Of a stretch of 52,294 nt of DNA, positions 1 to 10,176 are shown piece after piece; within the stretch, counting starts at the first letter, position 1, and every line of letters starts with the position of its first letter. A program made the position numbers and the translations under genes. Below the pieces are notes generated by a model. The model was not told where the DNA came from, did not search any database, and worked only from the letters and a program-made list of their open reading frames with translations. This DNA is from an uncultured Bacillales bacterium (GTDB taxonomy: Bacteria; Bacillota_I; Bacilli_A; RF39; UBA660), in NCBI GenBank assembly GCA_947164795.1, contig CAMUXV010000004.1, forward strand, positions 1 through 52,294, in the 5' to 3' direction.

Positions 1-413
1 AAAAAACCTATTGATACTACTTTTTCATTATAGTAGTTTTGAATTGTATATAATGATGATATTCTTTTTTTATACATATATTCAATTATTTTAGATGATA
101 TTTCATATATATCATTTTGTTCTAATGATAAATAAATTTTTATAATATTATGCTTTTCTAAGATACTTGGTATTTGTTTATTTTTATCAGGTAAATATAT
201 TCCTAAATATTCTTGGTATGGAATGATTTTTATTCCTCTTCTTTCATAATTCTTTTTATTTTGATAAAAATTACTTTGTACATTAATTAGATTTATTTCT
301 TTTCTGCTTTTATTTATATAATTATTTATATCAATATAACTCGTATTTGCATTAACTTTATATAATTCAGAAATATCATTTAATAATAATTCCATTTCTA
401 CATTCTTATTCAT
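1..413 (-). CDS. Hypothetical protein, 3' end runs off the window
   Basis: Not in the ORF track. Hand translation from ATG at 413 (overlapping the PFOR stop) gives MNKNVEMELLLNDISELYKVNANTSY..., open to base 1. Confidence 0.7.
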   Translation of the reverse strand, partial: MNKNVEMELLLNDISELYKVNANTSYIDINNYINKSRKEINLINVQSNFYQNKKNYERRGIKIIPYQEYLGIYLPDKNKQIPSILEKHNIIKIYLSLEQNDIYEISSKIIEYMYKKRISSLYTIQNYYNEKVVSIGF

Positions 414-3400
414 CTCGGTTATCCTCTAATTTTTTATAATAGTTATATCTATTTATTGCCCAATTCTTTTGCTCATTTAATAGAATATCAGCATTTTCTT
501 TATTTACTCTTTTTAAATTAATAAATCTATTTTCAGTCATTAGATAATCTTCGTATTTTTCAAACTTTGGTTCTCTGGAATCTATTATTAATTTTTTATT
601 ATCTGGATTATATCTAAATGTTAAAAAGTATCCACATTCTGTTGCTAGATATCCATTGGATTGAGAGTGTTCCATACCTTTTTTTATTCCATGTTCAATG
701 CATGGACAATATGCTATTACTAGAGATGGTCCATTATGCTCTGAAGCCTCTTTTAATACTTTTAGATATTGTTCTTTATTATATCCAATGTTAGTAGTAG
801 CTACATATACATGTGGATAACACATTGCAATCCTTGCTAAATCTTTCTTATAATTATCTTTACCATTAGATGTAAAGGAAGCAACAGAACCGATATTGGA
901 TGATTTAGATGATTGTCCACCAGTATTTGAGTATACTTCAGTATCTAGTACTAAAATATTGATATTCTCTTTTTTAGATAGAACATGATCTAAGCCATCA
1001 TAACCGATATCATAAGCAAAACCATCTCCTCCTACTATCCACATACTTTTTGGCAATATATAATCTTTCATCTCTAATAGATATGGATGTTTTTTATAAT
1101 CAATTTTTTCTTTTACTTCTTTACATATATCATAGTTATCCATATTTTCTACCCATAGTTTGAATGTTTTATTTCTTGGATATTCCATCATATATTTCTT
1201 TACTTTATCTCTATTCAGATTAATGCCTGTAAGAATACCATAGCCATATTCAGCATTATCTTCAAATAATGAGCTAGCCCATGGAATACTATATGGTGTA
1301 CTTGGCATACTTCCACCATATATTGATGAACATCCAGTGGCATTAGCTATTATTAGATTATCATTGAATACTCTTGTTAAGTTTGTTAAATATGGTGTTT
1401 CTCCACATCCAGCACATGCGCCAGAATACTCAAATTTCGGTTCTTTAAATGATATATTCTTTACAGTTAATACTTTACTTTCATATTTATCATTGACATT
1501 ATTTTTAAGCAAGTAATCAAAATCTTTATCCTTCTTAGTATTAGGTACCATTGTTAAGGCTTTATTACCTAGTTTGCCAGGACAAGCATTTACACATACT
1601 CCACATCCAGTACATTGTTCATAATTGATTCCTATAGTAAATTTTTTATCCTTAGGCATAAGAGATGGTATGCTTGTAACTTTATCATCTTTCTTATCTA
1701 ATAGGAATGGTCTTATTACTCCATGCGGACAAGAGAAAGCACACTGATTACACTCTATACAATTTTCTGGTATCCACTCAGGAATATTTTCGGCGATATT
1801 TCTTTTTTCCTTATTAGTAGTACCTGGTTCAAAGATTCCATTTGCATATTTTTCAAAAGAACTTACTGGTAATGTTTCTCCTTTAAGTAAATTGATAGTT
1901 TCAATAAAGTTTAGTTTTTTATTGTCTGTATATTCCAAATTAATCCAATCTTTTTCTACTTTTACTTCCTTTAAGTATTTTAAAGATTCATCAATTATTT
2001 TATTATTGATATCGATTATCTTTTGTCCTTTAGACGAGAATCTAATCTCATTATTCTTTTTCATTATTAATATTGCTTTATTAATATCCATTAATTTCAT
2101 TATTTTTAGAATACATACTTCCATACAAGTATTTATTTTATTCTTTAGACCTAAACTATTTGCTATACTATAAGCATCTATAGTATATAATTTTATTTGT
2201 TTTTTAGCTAGCAAATATTTTACTTTATTGGGTAAACTTATCTTTAATCTATCTCCATCTAAATTAGTATTTAAAAATAATATACCATTATTTTTGATAT
2301 TGTCTAAAATATCATATTTATACATATATGCATCTTTTGATACCACTATAAAGTTAGGATTTTCAATATAATATGTACTTTTAATAGGATTATCAGAAAA
2401 TCTTAAATGGCTTCTTGTTACTCCTCCTGATTTTTTAGAATCATATTGGAAATATCCTTGAACATATTTAGAAGTATTATCTCCTAGTACTTTAAGAATA
2501 TCTTTAGAAGTAGATACCATTCCATCTGATCCGTATCCATATATTAGCATTTCAAATGCACTATTATTTAATTTAAAGTTTTTATCATAATTTAAACTTA
2601 GATTTGTTATATCATCATTTATTCCGATAGTAAAGTTATTCTTCTTTTCTCCATTTAAATTGTCATAGACAGCTTTTATCATCGAAGGTGTTGTATTTTT
2701 AGAAGATAGTCCATATCTCCCTCCGATTACTTTGATATTAGTTTCTTTTAATGCATTTACAACATCTAGATATAATGGTTCTCCAGAAGAACCTACTTCT
2801 TTTGTTCGATCTAATACTGCTACACTCTTTACAGTACTTGGTATTACACTAAGTAAATGTTTAATACTAAATGGTCTAAATAAATGTACTTTAACTAATC
2901 CTACTCTATATCCATTATTATTTAAATTATCAATAGTTTCTTCAATACATTCACATACTGAGCCCATAGCTATAATAATGGAAGTAGCATTCCTATCTCC
3001 ATAGTAATTAAATAATTTATAGTCTTTTTTTGTTATCTTATTTATTTTACTCAGATATTTTTCAACATTATTTATAGCATCTTCATAATATTTATTTCTA
3101 CTTTCCGTATGTTGAAAATAGATATCATCATTTTCAGCTGTTCCTCTAGTATTTGGTTTTTCATTATTTAGTCTTCTATCTCTAAAAGATTGTAAAGCTT
3201 TCTTATCAATTAAAGTTTCTATCTTAGATAAATCTATTTCTTTTATTTTATCTAATTCATGACTTGTTCTAAAACCATCAAAGAAGTGAATAAATGGTAG
3301 TGATGATTTAATACTAGATAGATGGGCTACCATAGCCATATGATATGCTTCTTCTACTGATGAAGAAGATAACATGCATACTCCAGTTTGTCTAGTAGCA

Positions 3401-3789
3401 TATATATCTTGATGATCTCCAAAGATACTAAGTGAATGGGTAGATAAAGAACGAGCTGCAACATGGATTACTCCTGGAAGAAGTTCTCCTGCTAATTTGT
3501 ATAAGGTTGGTATCATTAAAAGTAATCCTTGACTAGCAGTAAAAGTACTGGATAGCATTCCACTTTGAAGAGCACCATGAACCATAGCTACTGCTCCCTT
3601 TTCCGATTCCATTTCTACCACTTTAACGGTATTGCCAAAGAAATTCTTTTCTCCATCTGTTGCCATTTTATCTATCTTTTCAGCCATAGGACTAGCGGGT
3701 GTTATAGGATATATTCCCACTACTTCATTAAATTTATAAGCTACTCTTGATACTGCTTCATTGGCATCCATTACTTTGTATTTATTCAT
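406..3789 (-). CDS. nifJ: Pyruvate:ferredoxin (flavodoxin) oxidoreductase, homodimeric type
   Basis: YPITP, FTASQGLLLM, two CxxCxxCxxxCP ferredoxin motifs, GACAGCGE, NATGCSSIYG, GGDG TPP motif. Likely start 3789 after AGAGGA. Confidence 0.97.
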   Translation of the reverse strand: MNKYKVMDANEAVSRVAYKFNEVVGIYPITPASPMAEKIDKMATDGEKNFFGNTVKVVEMESEKGAVAMVHGALQSGMLSSTFTASQGLLLMIPTLYKLAGELLPGVIHVAARSLSTHSLSIFGDHQDIYATRQTGVCMLSSSSVEEAYHMAMVAHLSSIKSSLPFIHFFDGFRTSHELDKIKEIDLSKIETLIDKKALQSFRDRRLNNEKPNTRGTAENDDIYFQHTESRNKYYEDAINNVEKYLSKINKITKKDYKLFNYYGDRNATSIIIAMGSVCECIEETIDNLNNNGYRVGLVKVHLFRPFSIKHLLSVIPSTVKSVAVLDRTKEVGSSGEPLYLDVVNALKETNIKVIGGRYGLSSKNTTPSMIKAVYDNLNGEKKNNFTIGINDDITNLSLNYDKNFKLNNSAFEMLIYGYGSDGMVSTSKDILKVLGDNTSKYVQGYFQYDSKKSGGVTRSHLRFSDNPIKSTYYIENPNFIVVSKDAYMYKYDILDNIKNNGILFLNTNLDGDRLKISLPNKVKYLLAKKQIKLYTIDAYSIANSLGLKNKINTCMEVCILKIMKLMDINKAILIMKKNNEIRFSSKGQKIIDINNKIIDESLKYLKEVKVEKDWINLEYTDNKKLNFIETINLLKGETLPVSSFEKYANGIFEPGTTNKEKRNIAENIPEWIPENCIECNQCAFSCPHGVIRPFLLDKKDDKVTSIPSLMPKDKKFTIGINYEQCTGCGVCVNACPGKLGNKALTMVPNTKKDKDFDYLLKNNVNDKYESKVLTVKNISFKEPKFEYSGACAGCGETPYLTNLTRVFNDNLIIANATGCSSIYGGSMPSTPYSIPWASSLFEDNAEYGYGILTGINLNRDKVKKYMMEYPRNKTFKLWVENMDNYDICKEVKEKIDYKKHPYLLEMKDYILPKSMWIVGGDGFAYDIGYDGLDHVLSKKENINILVLDTEVYSNTGGQSSKSSNIGSVASFTSNGKDNYKKDLARIAMCYPHVYVATTNIGYNKEQYLKVLKEASEHNGPSLVIAYCPCIEHGIKKGMEHSQSNGYLATECGYFLTFRYNPDNKKLIIDSREPKFEKYEDYLMTENRFINLKRVNKENADILLNEQKNWAINRYNYYKKLEDNRDE

Positions 3790-3873
3790 ATCTATTCCTC
3801 TTTTCATCTATCTATATTACGATATAATTTTATCATAATTATTTATAAATAACAATATATAGAAAAAAAGAAG

Positions 3874-5682
3874 TTATTTCTTTGCATCAAACTTCTTTCT
3901 TGATTCTGTATTTAAAATGAATTTTCTTAGTCTTATATTATTTGGTGTAATTTCTACTAATTCATCACTGTTTATATAATCTAAGCAATATTCTAGTGAT
4001 AATAGTCTAGGTCTTTTTAATACTACAGTATGGTCTGATCCTGCTGCTCTCGTATTTGTTAATTGTTTTCCTTTAACAACATTAACTGCCAAATCGTTTT
4101 CACGATTACATTCTCCTACTATCATACCTTCATATACTTCCGTACCAGGTTCAATAAACATTACTCCTCTATCTTCTAGTTGCCCTAGTGCATAAGCAGT
4201 AGCTTTTCCAGCTTCTGTTGCTACTAGTACACCTAGTTTTCTTTCAGTAGAGTTAATGTCTTCAATTGGTAAGTATTCTCTAAAGGTATGATTTAATATT
4301 CCATATCCTTTAGTTAATGTCATAAAGTCAGTATTAAATCCTATTAATCCTCTTGATGGTATTATATAGTTTAGTCTAATTAAATTATTGACATTAGACA
4401 TATTTTCCATCTTACCACCGCGAAGTCCTAATGCTTCAATCACATTACCTACAGACTCTTCTCCTACTTCGATTTGAACATCTTCATATGGTTCACAATT
4501 TATTCCATCTATTTCTTTAATAATTACTTCTGGTTTAGATACTTGTAATTCAAATCCTTCTCTTCTTAAATTTTCAATTAATATTGATAGATGTAATTCT
4601 CCACGACCAGATACGATCCATGATTCATTACCCGATTCTTCTACTTTTAAACTTACATCTCTTTGAGTTTCTTTAAATAGCCTTTCTCCAATTTTTCTAG
4701 CAGTTACTTCTTTCCCATCCTTACCAACAAATGGACTATTATTTACCATAAAAGTCATTTTTAATGTTGGTTCATCAATTCTTAGTATTGGTAAAGCTTC
4801 TTCACTTCCAATATTACATACTGTTTCTCCTACTGATATATCCATTAATCCTGCTATTGCTATAATATCTCCAGCATGAGCTTCTGTTATTTCAACTCTT
4901 TTTAATCCTTCAAAACCAAATAATTTTTGAATTCTAAACTGCTTAATACTTCCATCTAATCTGACACAGGATACCATTTCATTAACTTTAATATGCCCTC
5001 TTTTTACTCTACCTATTCCAATTCTTCCTACATATTCATTATAGTCAAGTAGTGCCGGTTGAAATTGTAAACTTCCTTCTTCGCTTACATTTGGTTCTGG
5101 TATTTCATCAATTATCAATTTAAAGATATCATCATAACTTTCGATTTGCGTACTTAAATCAGGACTTAAACTAGCAGTACCATTTAAAGCAGATACATAA
5201 GCTACTTTAAAATCTAATTGTTCCTCACTTGCTCCTAGTTCTATAAACAAGTCAATTACTTCATCTAATACTTTATCAACACGTGCTGTTGGCTTATCAA
5301 CTTTATTAATTATAACTATTGGTTTAACTCCTGCCTCTAATGCTTTTTTAAGTACAAATCTAGTTTGAGGCATTGTTCCTTCATAAGCATCTACTAAAAG
5401 CATTACACCATCAACCATATTCATTATTCTTTCTACTTCTCCACCAAAATCAGCGTGACCAGGTGTGTCTAGAATATTTATTTTATATCCATTATAATTA
5501 ATTGATGTTGTTTTGGCTAGTATTGTTATTCCTCTTTCTCTTTCAATATCATTAGAGTCCATTACTCTTTCTGATACTTGTTCATTTTCTCTAAATGTAC
5601 CTGATTTTTTAAGTAGTTGATCCACTAGTGTTGTCTTCCCATGGTCAACATGTGCTATGATAGCAATATTTCTCATTTTCAT
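3874..5682 (-). CDS. typA: Translational GTPase TypA/BipA
   Basis: [40 protein letters not shown]. Confidence 0.98.
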   Translation of the reverse strand: MKMRNIAIIAHVDHGKTTLVDQLLKKSGTFRENEQVSERVMDSNDIERERGITILAKTTSINYNGYKINILDTPGHADFGGEVERIMNMVDGVMLLVDAYEGTMPQTRFVLKKALEAGVKPIVIINKVDKPTARVDKVLDEVIDLFIELGASEEQLDFKVAYVSALNGTASLSPDLSTQIESYDDIFKLIIDEIPEPNVSEEGSLQFQPALLDYNEYVGRIGIGRVKRGHIKVNEMVSCVRLDGSIKQFRIQKLFGFEGLKRVEITEAHAGDIIAIAGLMDISVGETVCNIGSEEALPILRIDEPTLKMTFMVNNSPFVGKDGKEVTARKIGERLFKETQRDVSLKVEESGNESWIVSGRGELHLSILIENLRREGFELQVSKPEVIIKEIDGINCEPYEDVQIEVGEESVGNVIEALGLRGGKMENMSNVNNLIRLNYIIPSRGLIGFNTDFMTLTKGYGILNHTFREYLPIEDINSTERKLGVLVATEAGKATAYALGQLEDRGVMFIEPGTEVYEGMIVGECNRENDLAVNVVKGKQLTNTRAAGSDHTVVLKRPRLLSLEYCLDYINSDELVEITPNNIRLRKFILNTESRKKFDAKK

Positions 5683-5808
5683 AAATTACACCTCTTTTTT
5701 TCACAAATTATAATTATATCACACTTTATTCTATTTTGGAAGAATTTTTTAAAATAAAAAAACATCTATATAATATAGATAATTTTTAGCAAATGATATT
5801 AATTAATA

Positions 5809-6183
5809 TTATTTACTTTTTTTACTACTATTTTCTTCTTTTTGATAAGCTTCTATAGTATTACTTAAACATAATAGCATATATTCCTTGCATCTTTCTT
5901 CTAGTGCTTTTTGCTCTTCGGCATTTAAAGTTTGTAAATTAACATTTCTGTTTAATTTTGGTAAATATACTTCTTCTGCATTTTTTAAATAGTCTAGTAT
6001 TTCTTTAAGCGAATGTTTTAATGTGTCAACCGCTATAGCATACTCTGATGTATTATTCTCAAATATTTCCATTGGATTATATTTTTCTTGGGTGTATCTC
6101 GATATAAAAGTTATTAATTCATAATATATGTCTCCCAACCCATATTCTATATAATCATCTACATTTATTTTTATTTTTTTCAT
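5809..6183 (-). CDS. Hypothetical protein
   Basis: 124-aa ORF with upstream GGGA; no recognised motif. Confidence 0.7.
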   Translation of the reverse strand: MKKIKINVDDYIEYGLGDIYYELITFISRYTQEKYNPMEIFENNTSEYAIAVDTLKHSLKEILDYLKNAEEVYLPKLNRNVNLQTLNAEEQKALEERCKEYMLLCLSNTIEAYQKEENSSKKSK

Positions 6184-6218
6184 AACATTTCCCTAATTTC
6201 CAACAATATTATTTTTTT

Positions 6219-6755
6219 CTATTTATTTGTATTACTTTTATAATATTTTTTTATTTTAGAACTTATTAAATCAAATAATGTTACTAATACTAAGTAGACT
6301 CCTGTTACTTTAAATAGCGTATACATAATGGTACTAGGGGCAAAGATTAGTACTATTCCTAATACTATTGATATAATAGCTACTACTAGATAAGGAATAA
6401 ATTTGAATTCAAAATACTTTGCAAATAATCCTGTGGATACTATAAATAGTAGTAATGATACAAATGATGGCAATAATTCAATAAATAGAAAATTACCATA
6501 TTTATAGATAAATAATGATAACCAGAAACAAATTATGCATGTTACTAGTGGTGTATAATTACCTTTTTCATATTCTTTATCCATAACAAATGTTATTAAC
6601 CGAACTATTCCTATTAAAGATAAGATAACAACAAATAAGTAATTAATACTATTTAGAAATGATTCTGTTGCAAATATTAATACTATTCCTATTATTATTT
6701 CTACTAGGCAATACAATCCTTTTTTTATTTTTTCTTTATTTTCTTCTTTTGTCAT
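6219..6755 (-). CDS. Membrane protein, DUF308/HdeD-like
   Basis: About six hydrophobic segments; repeated 'IIIGIVLIFA / IVLGIVLIFAP' pattern. Confidence 0.65.
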   Translation of the reverse strand: MTKEENKEKIKKGLYCLVEIIIGIVLIFATESFLNSINYLFVVILSLIGIVRLITFVMDKEYEKGNYTPLVTCIICFWLSLFIYKYGNFLFIELLPSFVSLLLFIVSTGLFAKYFEFKFIPYLVVAIISIVLGIVLIFAPSTIMYTLFKVTGVYLVLVTLFDLISSKIKKYYKSNTNK

Positions 6756-6844
6756 ATTTATACATCCCTTCTAGTTACAATATAACAAAAATAATAATAG
6801 TTTTCAAGTATTTATTTGTGTCAACAATTATGTTGATATATTAA

Positions 6845-6876
6845 AAGGGAAGAATTATACTTTCTTTCTTCCCTTT
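6845..6876 (-). terminator. Putative intrinsic terminator of the small ORF
   Basis: - strand AAGGGAAGAA...TTCTTCCCTT followed by TT, overlapping the small ORF stop. Confidence 0.55.
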
Positions 6877-6953
6877 AAATAACTATTTAATTTTATATAA
6901 GATATATCCTTACTCATTTCATCTAGAATGTCCTCCACTAAAATATAACCCAT
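6855..6953 (-). CDS. Unannotated 32-aa protein MGYILVEDILDEMSKDISYIKLNSYLKGRKKV
   Basis: AAGGAGG 6 nt before ATG, fills an otherwise empty intergenic gap, hairpin at the 3' end. Confidence 0.65.
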   Translation of the reverse strand: MGYILVEDILDEMSKDISYIKLNSYLKGRKKV

Positions 6954-7000
6954 ATTTATCCTCCTTTTTATAAAGGATAACACAATTTTTATATCTTTGC

Positions 7001-7016
7001 ATTATATTCGACAAAA
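7001..7016 (-). promoter_or_regulatory. Putative Spo0A box
   Basis: - strand TTTGTCGAATATAAT contains the 0A-box core TGTCGAA (7007-7013), just upstream of a weak ATGCAA-17-TATCCT promoter-like element. Confidence 0.5.
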
Positions 7017-7031
7017 CTAGACAAAACTTTT

Positions 7032-7286
7032 CTATCTTGTTCTACCGTCCTGTTTTAAGGCTTTTAATTCTTCTTTCTTTTCTTCTATTGCCATTTTTAT
7101 TTGTGGTTTTAATTCAGATAAAGAACGATCTTCATACATTTCGACTAAAACCTCTAATTCTGTTTTGCATTTTGAAATATTTTGCTCATGAGAATCCATA
7201 CTATTATAAAGTTCCATATAGCTTGGATTATTAACTAGTTTTTGTGAAAGTCTATTTCTCATTTCTTCATAAATAGTATTTTCCAT
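7032..7286 (-). CDS. Hypothetical helical protein
   Basis: 84 aa, RBS AAGGAGGTG, own TTGATA-17-TATAAT promoter, ends DGRTR. Confidence 0.75.
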   Translation of the reverse strand: MENTIYEEMRNRLSQKLVNNPSYMELYNSMDSHEQNISKCKTELEVLVEMYEDRSLSELKPQIKMAIEEKKEELKALKQDGRTR

Positions 7287-7350
7287 ATATAATCCACCTC
7301 CTTATTGAGATATTATACATTCTATACGTATCATTATCAAGATTAATATA

Positions 7351-8736
7351 TTAATTTTTAGTAATACGAACTTTAATAGATGTGGTTTTTGGAGTATAAC
7401 TTGCTTTTACCTCATCACCGGTTACAACCACATTAACAGTATGTTCGCCTTCTCCTAATCCAGATAAGTCTACAGTTGCTTTAATGGCAGTGGCATCTAT
7501 TGTGTCTAATACTTCTTTTGTTCCTTTTACTATTACTGTCGTCTTGGAAGAGTTTTCTCCAATAGCTCCTGCCTTAAGATTTGGTCCTAAATTAATGGCA
7601 TCTATTTTAATATCGTTTACTTCAATGCTTTCAACACTTGCCACCGATATCTTAACTGTTATTGTTTTTTCTGATACTTCTCTTATACCATCATGTTTAG
7701 GTACTACTACTGTATATGTCTTGCTATCAGATAGTCCAGTAATATCGACTTCTATTGGTATGTATGAATCAGTATAAGTTTTAATAGCTTCTTCATCGCC
7801 ATATATTTTTACAGTGTTTACTGATGTAGTAATAGAACTAATTGCCTTACCAAAAGCAACTTCTCCAGTAGGTATTATCTTTATCTTGGCATCAACGCTA
7901 TAAGACTCAATATTAATAGTAGCAGTTACCTTTTCTGGTACTATTTCTACATCTACTACATTTCCATATTTATCATATGCAAGTAATTTAACATTATCTA
8001 GAATATTAACACCAGCTGTTGGATCACTTAAACTTCCAACATCTACTAATGCTTTTACAGTAGCTACATTTTCAATATTATGGATTGATTTAGGATCATC
8101 TGTTCCTTTAATTATTACTTCTTCTTTATCTAGTGTTACTGATTGTACTGCTAATCTACTATTTAGCTTATCTTTATTAATAACATCAACAGTTATACTC
8201 TTGGTTGCTGAAACTTTTTCATAGACATTAACTGTTATTGATGATGGATTTAATTTATATGATACTGAGTTTATTGCATTTTGATAATTTAATTCAACTC
8301 TATGTGTTCCTGCTTTTAGGTTAGCTAAATCTACTGTAACTTTTCCAGTAGAAAGTTGTTTAGCAAGATATAAGTCTACAGTTCTTCCAATTAGGGTTAC
8401 ATCAGCAGTTTCAGGAAGGCCTTCTACTATATATGCTTCTTTATTATATGTGGCTTCAACAGCCTGATTTTCCAGCACCTCGGCAGCACTATCAATTATA
8501 GTGCTCGCTTGATTGTCTACATAGAAGAATAATAGTAATGCTAGTAAAAGTGATAAAAATATCATAGTATTTCTTTTACTTATCCACTTTTCAAACTTAC
8601 CTGCCCCTTTATCAAATTTATCGCTTATAAATAATCCAAATTTTGTTATTGGTGTCACAATAATTTTATCTATTATTCTAGCAGTTATTCGGAAGAATTT
8701 CTTGATACTTTTTATTATTTTTTTAAGCATTTTCAT
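7351..8736 (-). CDS. cdaR: CdaR/YbbR diadenylate cyclase regulator
   Basis: One TM helix then beta-rich YbbR-like repeats, directly downstream of cdaA. Likely start 8736 after GGAGGA. Confidence 0.9.
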   Translation of the reverse strand: MKMLKKIIKSIKKFFRITARIIDKIIVTPITKFGLFISDKFDKGAGKFEKWISKRNTMIFLSLLLALLLFFYVDNQASTIIDSAAEVLENQAVEATYNKEAYIVEGLPETADVTLIGRTVDLYLAKQLSTGKVTVDLANLKAGTHRVELNYQNAINSVSYKLNPSSITVNVYEKVSATKSITVDVINKDKLNSRLAVQSVTLDKEEVIIKGTDDPKSIHNIENVATVKALVDVGSLSDPTAGVNILDNVKLLAYDKYGNVVDVEIVPEKVTATINIESYSVDAKIKIIPTGEVAFGKAISSITTSVNTVKIYGDEEAIKTYTDSYIPIEVDITGLSDSKTYTVVVPKHDGIREVSEKTITVKISVASVESIEVNDIKIDAINLGPNLKAGAIGENSSKTTVIVKGTKEVLDTIDATAIKATVDLSGLGEGEHTVNVVVTGDEVKASYTPKTTSIKVRITKN

Positions 8737-9550
8737 TATGATCTTCCTCCTCATCCTCAAATTCATCATCTAATAGAACCTCTCTTTTTGGTTTTAGTTC
8801 TTCTACCAGAATCATTCGTGCATCATCTAAGGAAAGATTATAATTTAAATTACCACCTGTTGCTATTGATAATTTTCCAGTTTCTTCACTTACTACTAGT
8901 GCAATAGCATCTGATTCTTCACTTATCCCAATAGCGGCTCTATGGCGTGTACCTAACTTTTTGCTTATTTTGCTATTAATGCTTATTGGGAATACCGCTC
9001 CTGCTGAAGTTATTTTATTTCCTTGAATTATAACTCCACCATCATGAAGCGGGTTTCTTGGAAAGAATATTGATATTAATAATTCTGATGAAATATCCCC
9101 ATATATTGGCTTACTTCTTTCAATATATTCATTTAAGCTAATATCTCTTTCTAGTACTATTAATGCTCCTATTCTTGATTTTCTCAAGTAATCAACGGCA
9201 TTCATCACTTCATAAACTAACTTTTCTCTTTCATCAAGAGTTAGTACTTTATGTCTGCCTAGTAATTGTTTTCTTCCGATATGTTCCAGCATATTTCTAA
9301 TTTCTGGTTGAAATATTATTACTAAAGCAAGCGGTCCCCACATTATTACATACTCAAGTAGTAGTCCTATTGTAGTTAAGTTTAAGACGTCGCTTAATAC
9401 TTTTACAATTAGGATAACTGCTACTCCTTTAAATAAAAGGACCATTTTTACATTATTTTTTATGTTTTTTAACACGAAATATATTATTACCCATACTAAT
9501 GATATATCTATTATTTTTTGTAATATTACTAAGATACTATCTACTGTCAT
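8723..9550 (-). CDS. cdaA: Diadenylate cyclase CdaA
   Basis: Three N-terminal TM helices, IIFQPEIR, PLHDGG, GTRHRAA, VSEETG. Confidence 0.96.
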   Translation of the reverse strand: MTVDSILVILQKIIDISLVWVIIYFVLKNIKNNVKMVLLFKGVAVILIVKVLSDVLNLTTIGLLLEYVIMWGPLALVIIFQPEIRNMLEHIGRKQLLGRHKVLTLDEREKLVYEVMNAVDYLRKSRIGALIVLERDISLNEYIERSKPIYGDISSELLISIFFPRNPLHDGGVIIQGNKITSAGAVFPISINSKISKKLGTRHRAAIGISEESDAIALVVSEETGKLSIATGGNLNYNLSLDDARMILVEELKPKREVLLDDEFEDEEEDHNENA

Positions 9551-9554
9551 ATTA

Positions 9555-10061
9555 TCACCTTCCTAATCCAATCACTGTTATAGCTCCCTCTATACATAAA
9601 TAGCAGAGAATAATTATTCCTCCAAAAAGAAGAATCATACTGTTTATAAATCCTTTGTTGGAATTATTTTCTTTTTCATCCATAGGAACCGTCATTTCCT
9701 CTTTTCCGTCTTTATTATTTATGTTAAGGAAATCTTTCTTAGTCATAACAGCATAACATCTAAATAACTTTTTATTTGCCTTTCCTTTATATAATGTATT
9801 TAATTTATCAATACTATAATATGATAATGAAAAACCCAAATTAATATAATATTCTTTTCTGTCTTCCAAATTTTTAGCTGACAAATTTACATATGAAACA
9901 TCTTCATCTTCTATTAACAGTGATACCTTTTTAAATACTATTTGTAATTCTTCTTCTGAAGATTTAGCTTCTTCAAATAAATATATAACATTATCAATTA
10001 TTTGATATGTAAAGTGGTCTGTCAAATGATTTTTTTCCTCTTTTTTATTACTTCTTTTCAT
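9555..10061 (-). CDS. Hypothetical protein with C-terminal membrane anchor
   Basis: 168 aa, RBS GAGGA, C-terminal NKGF plus hydrophobic helix, 4 nt from cdaA. Confidence 0.7.
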   Translation of the reverse strand: MKRSNKKEEKNHLTDHFTYQIIDNVIYLFEEAKSSEEELQIVFKKVSLLIEDEDVSYVNLSAKNLEDRKEYYINLGFSLSYYSIDKLNTLYKGKANKKLFRCYAVMTKKDFLNINNKDGKEEMTVPMDEKENNSNKGFINSMILLFGGIIILCYLCIEGAITVIGLGR

Positions 10062-10176
10062 TTAATCATCCTCACAATAATTTTATCACGGCATAAGAAA
10101 AAAAGCAAGATTATAGGAAAATGTTTTTTCTAAGTCCTTATATTACTTAATAAAATTAAAGAGTGATGTCATGGTA

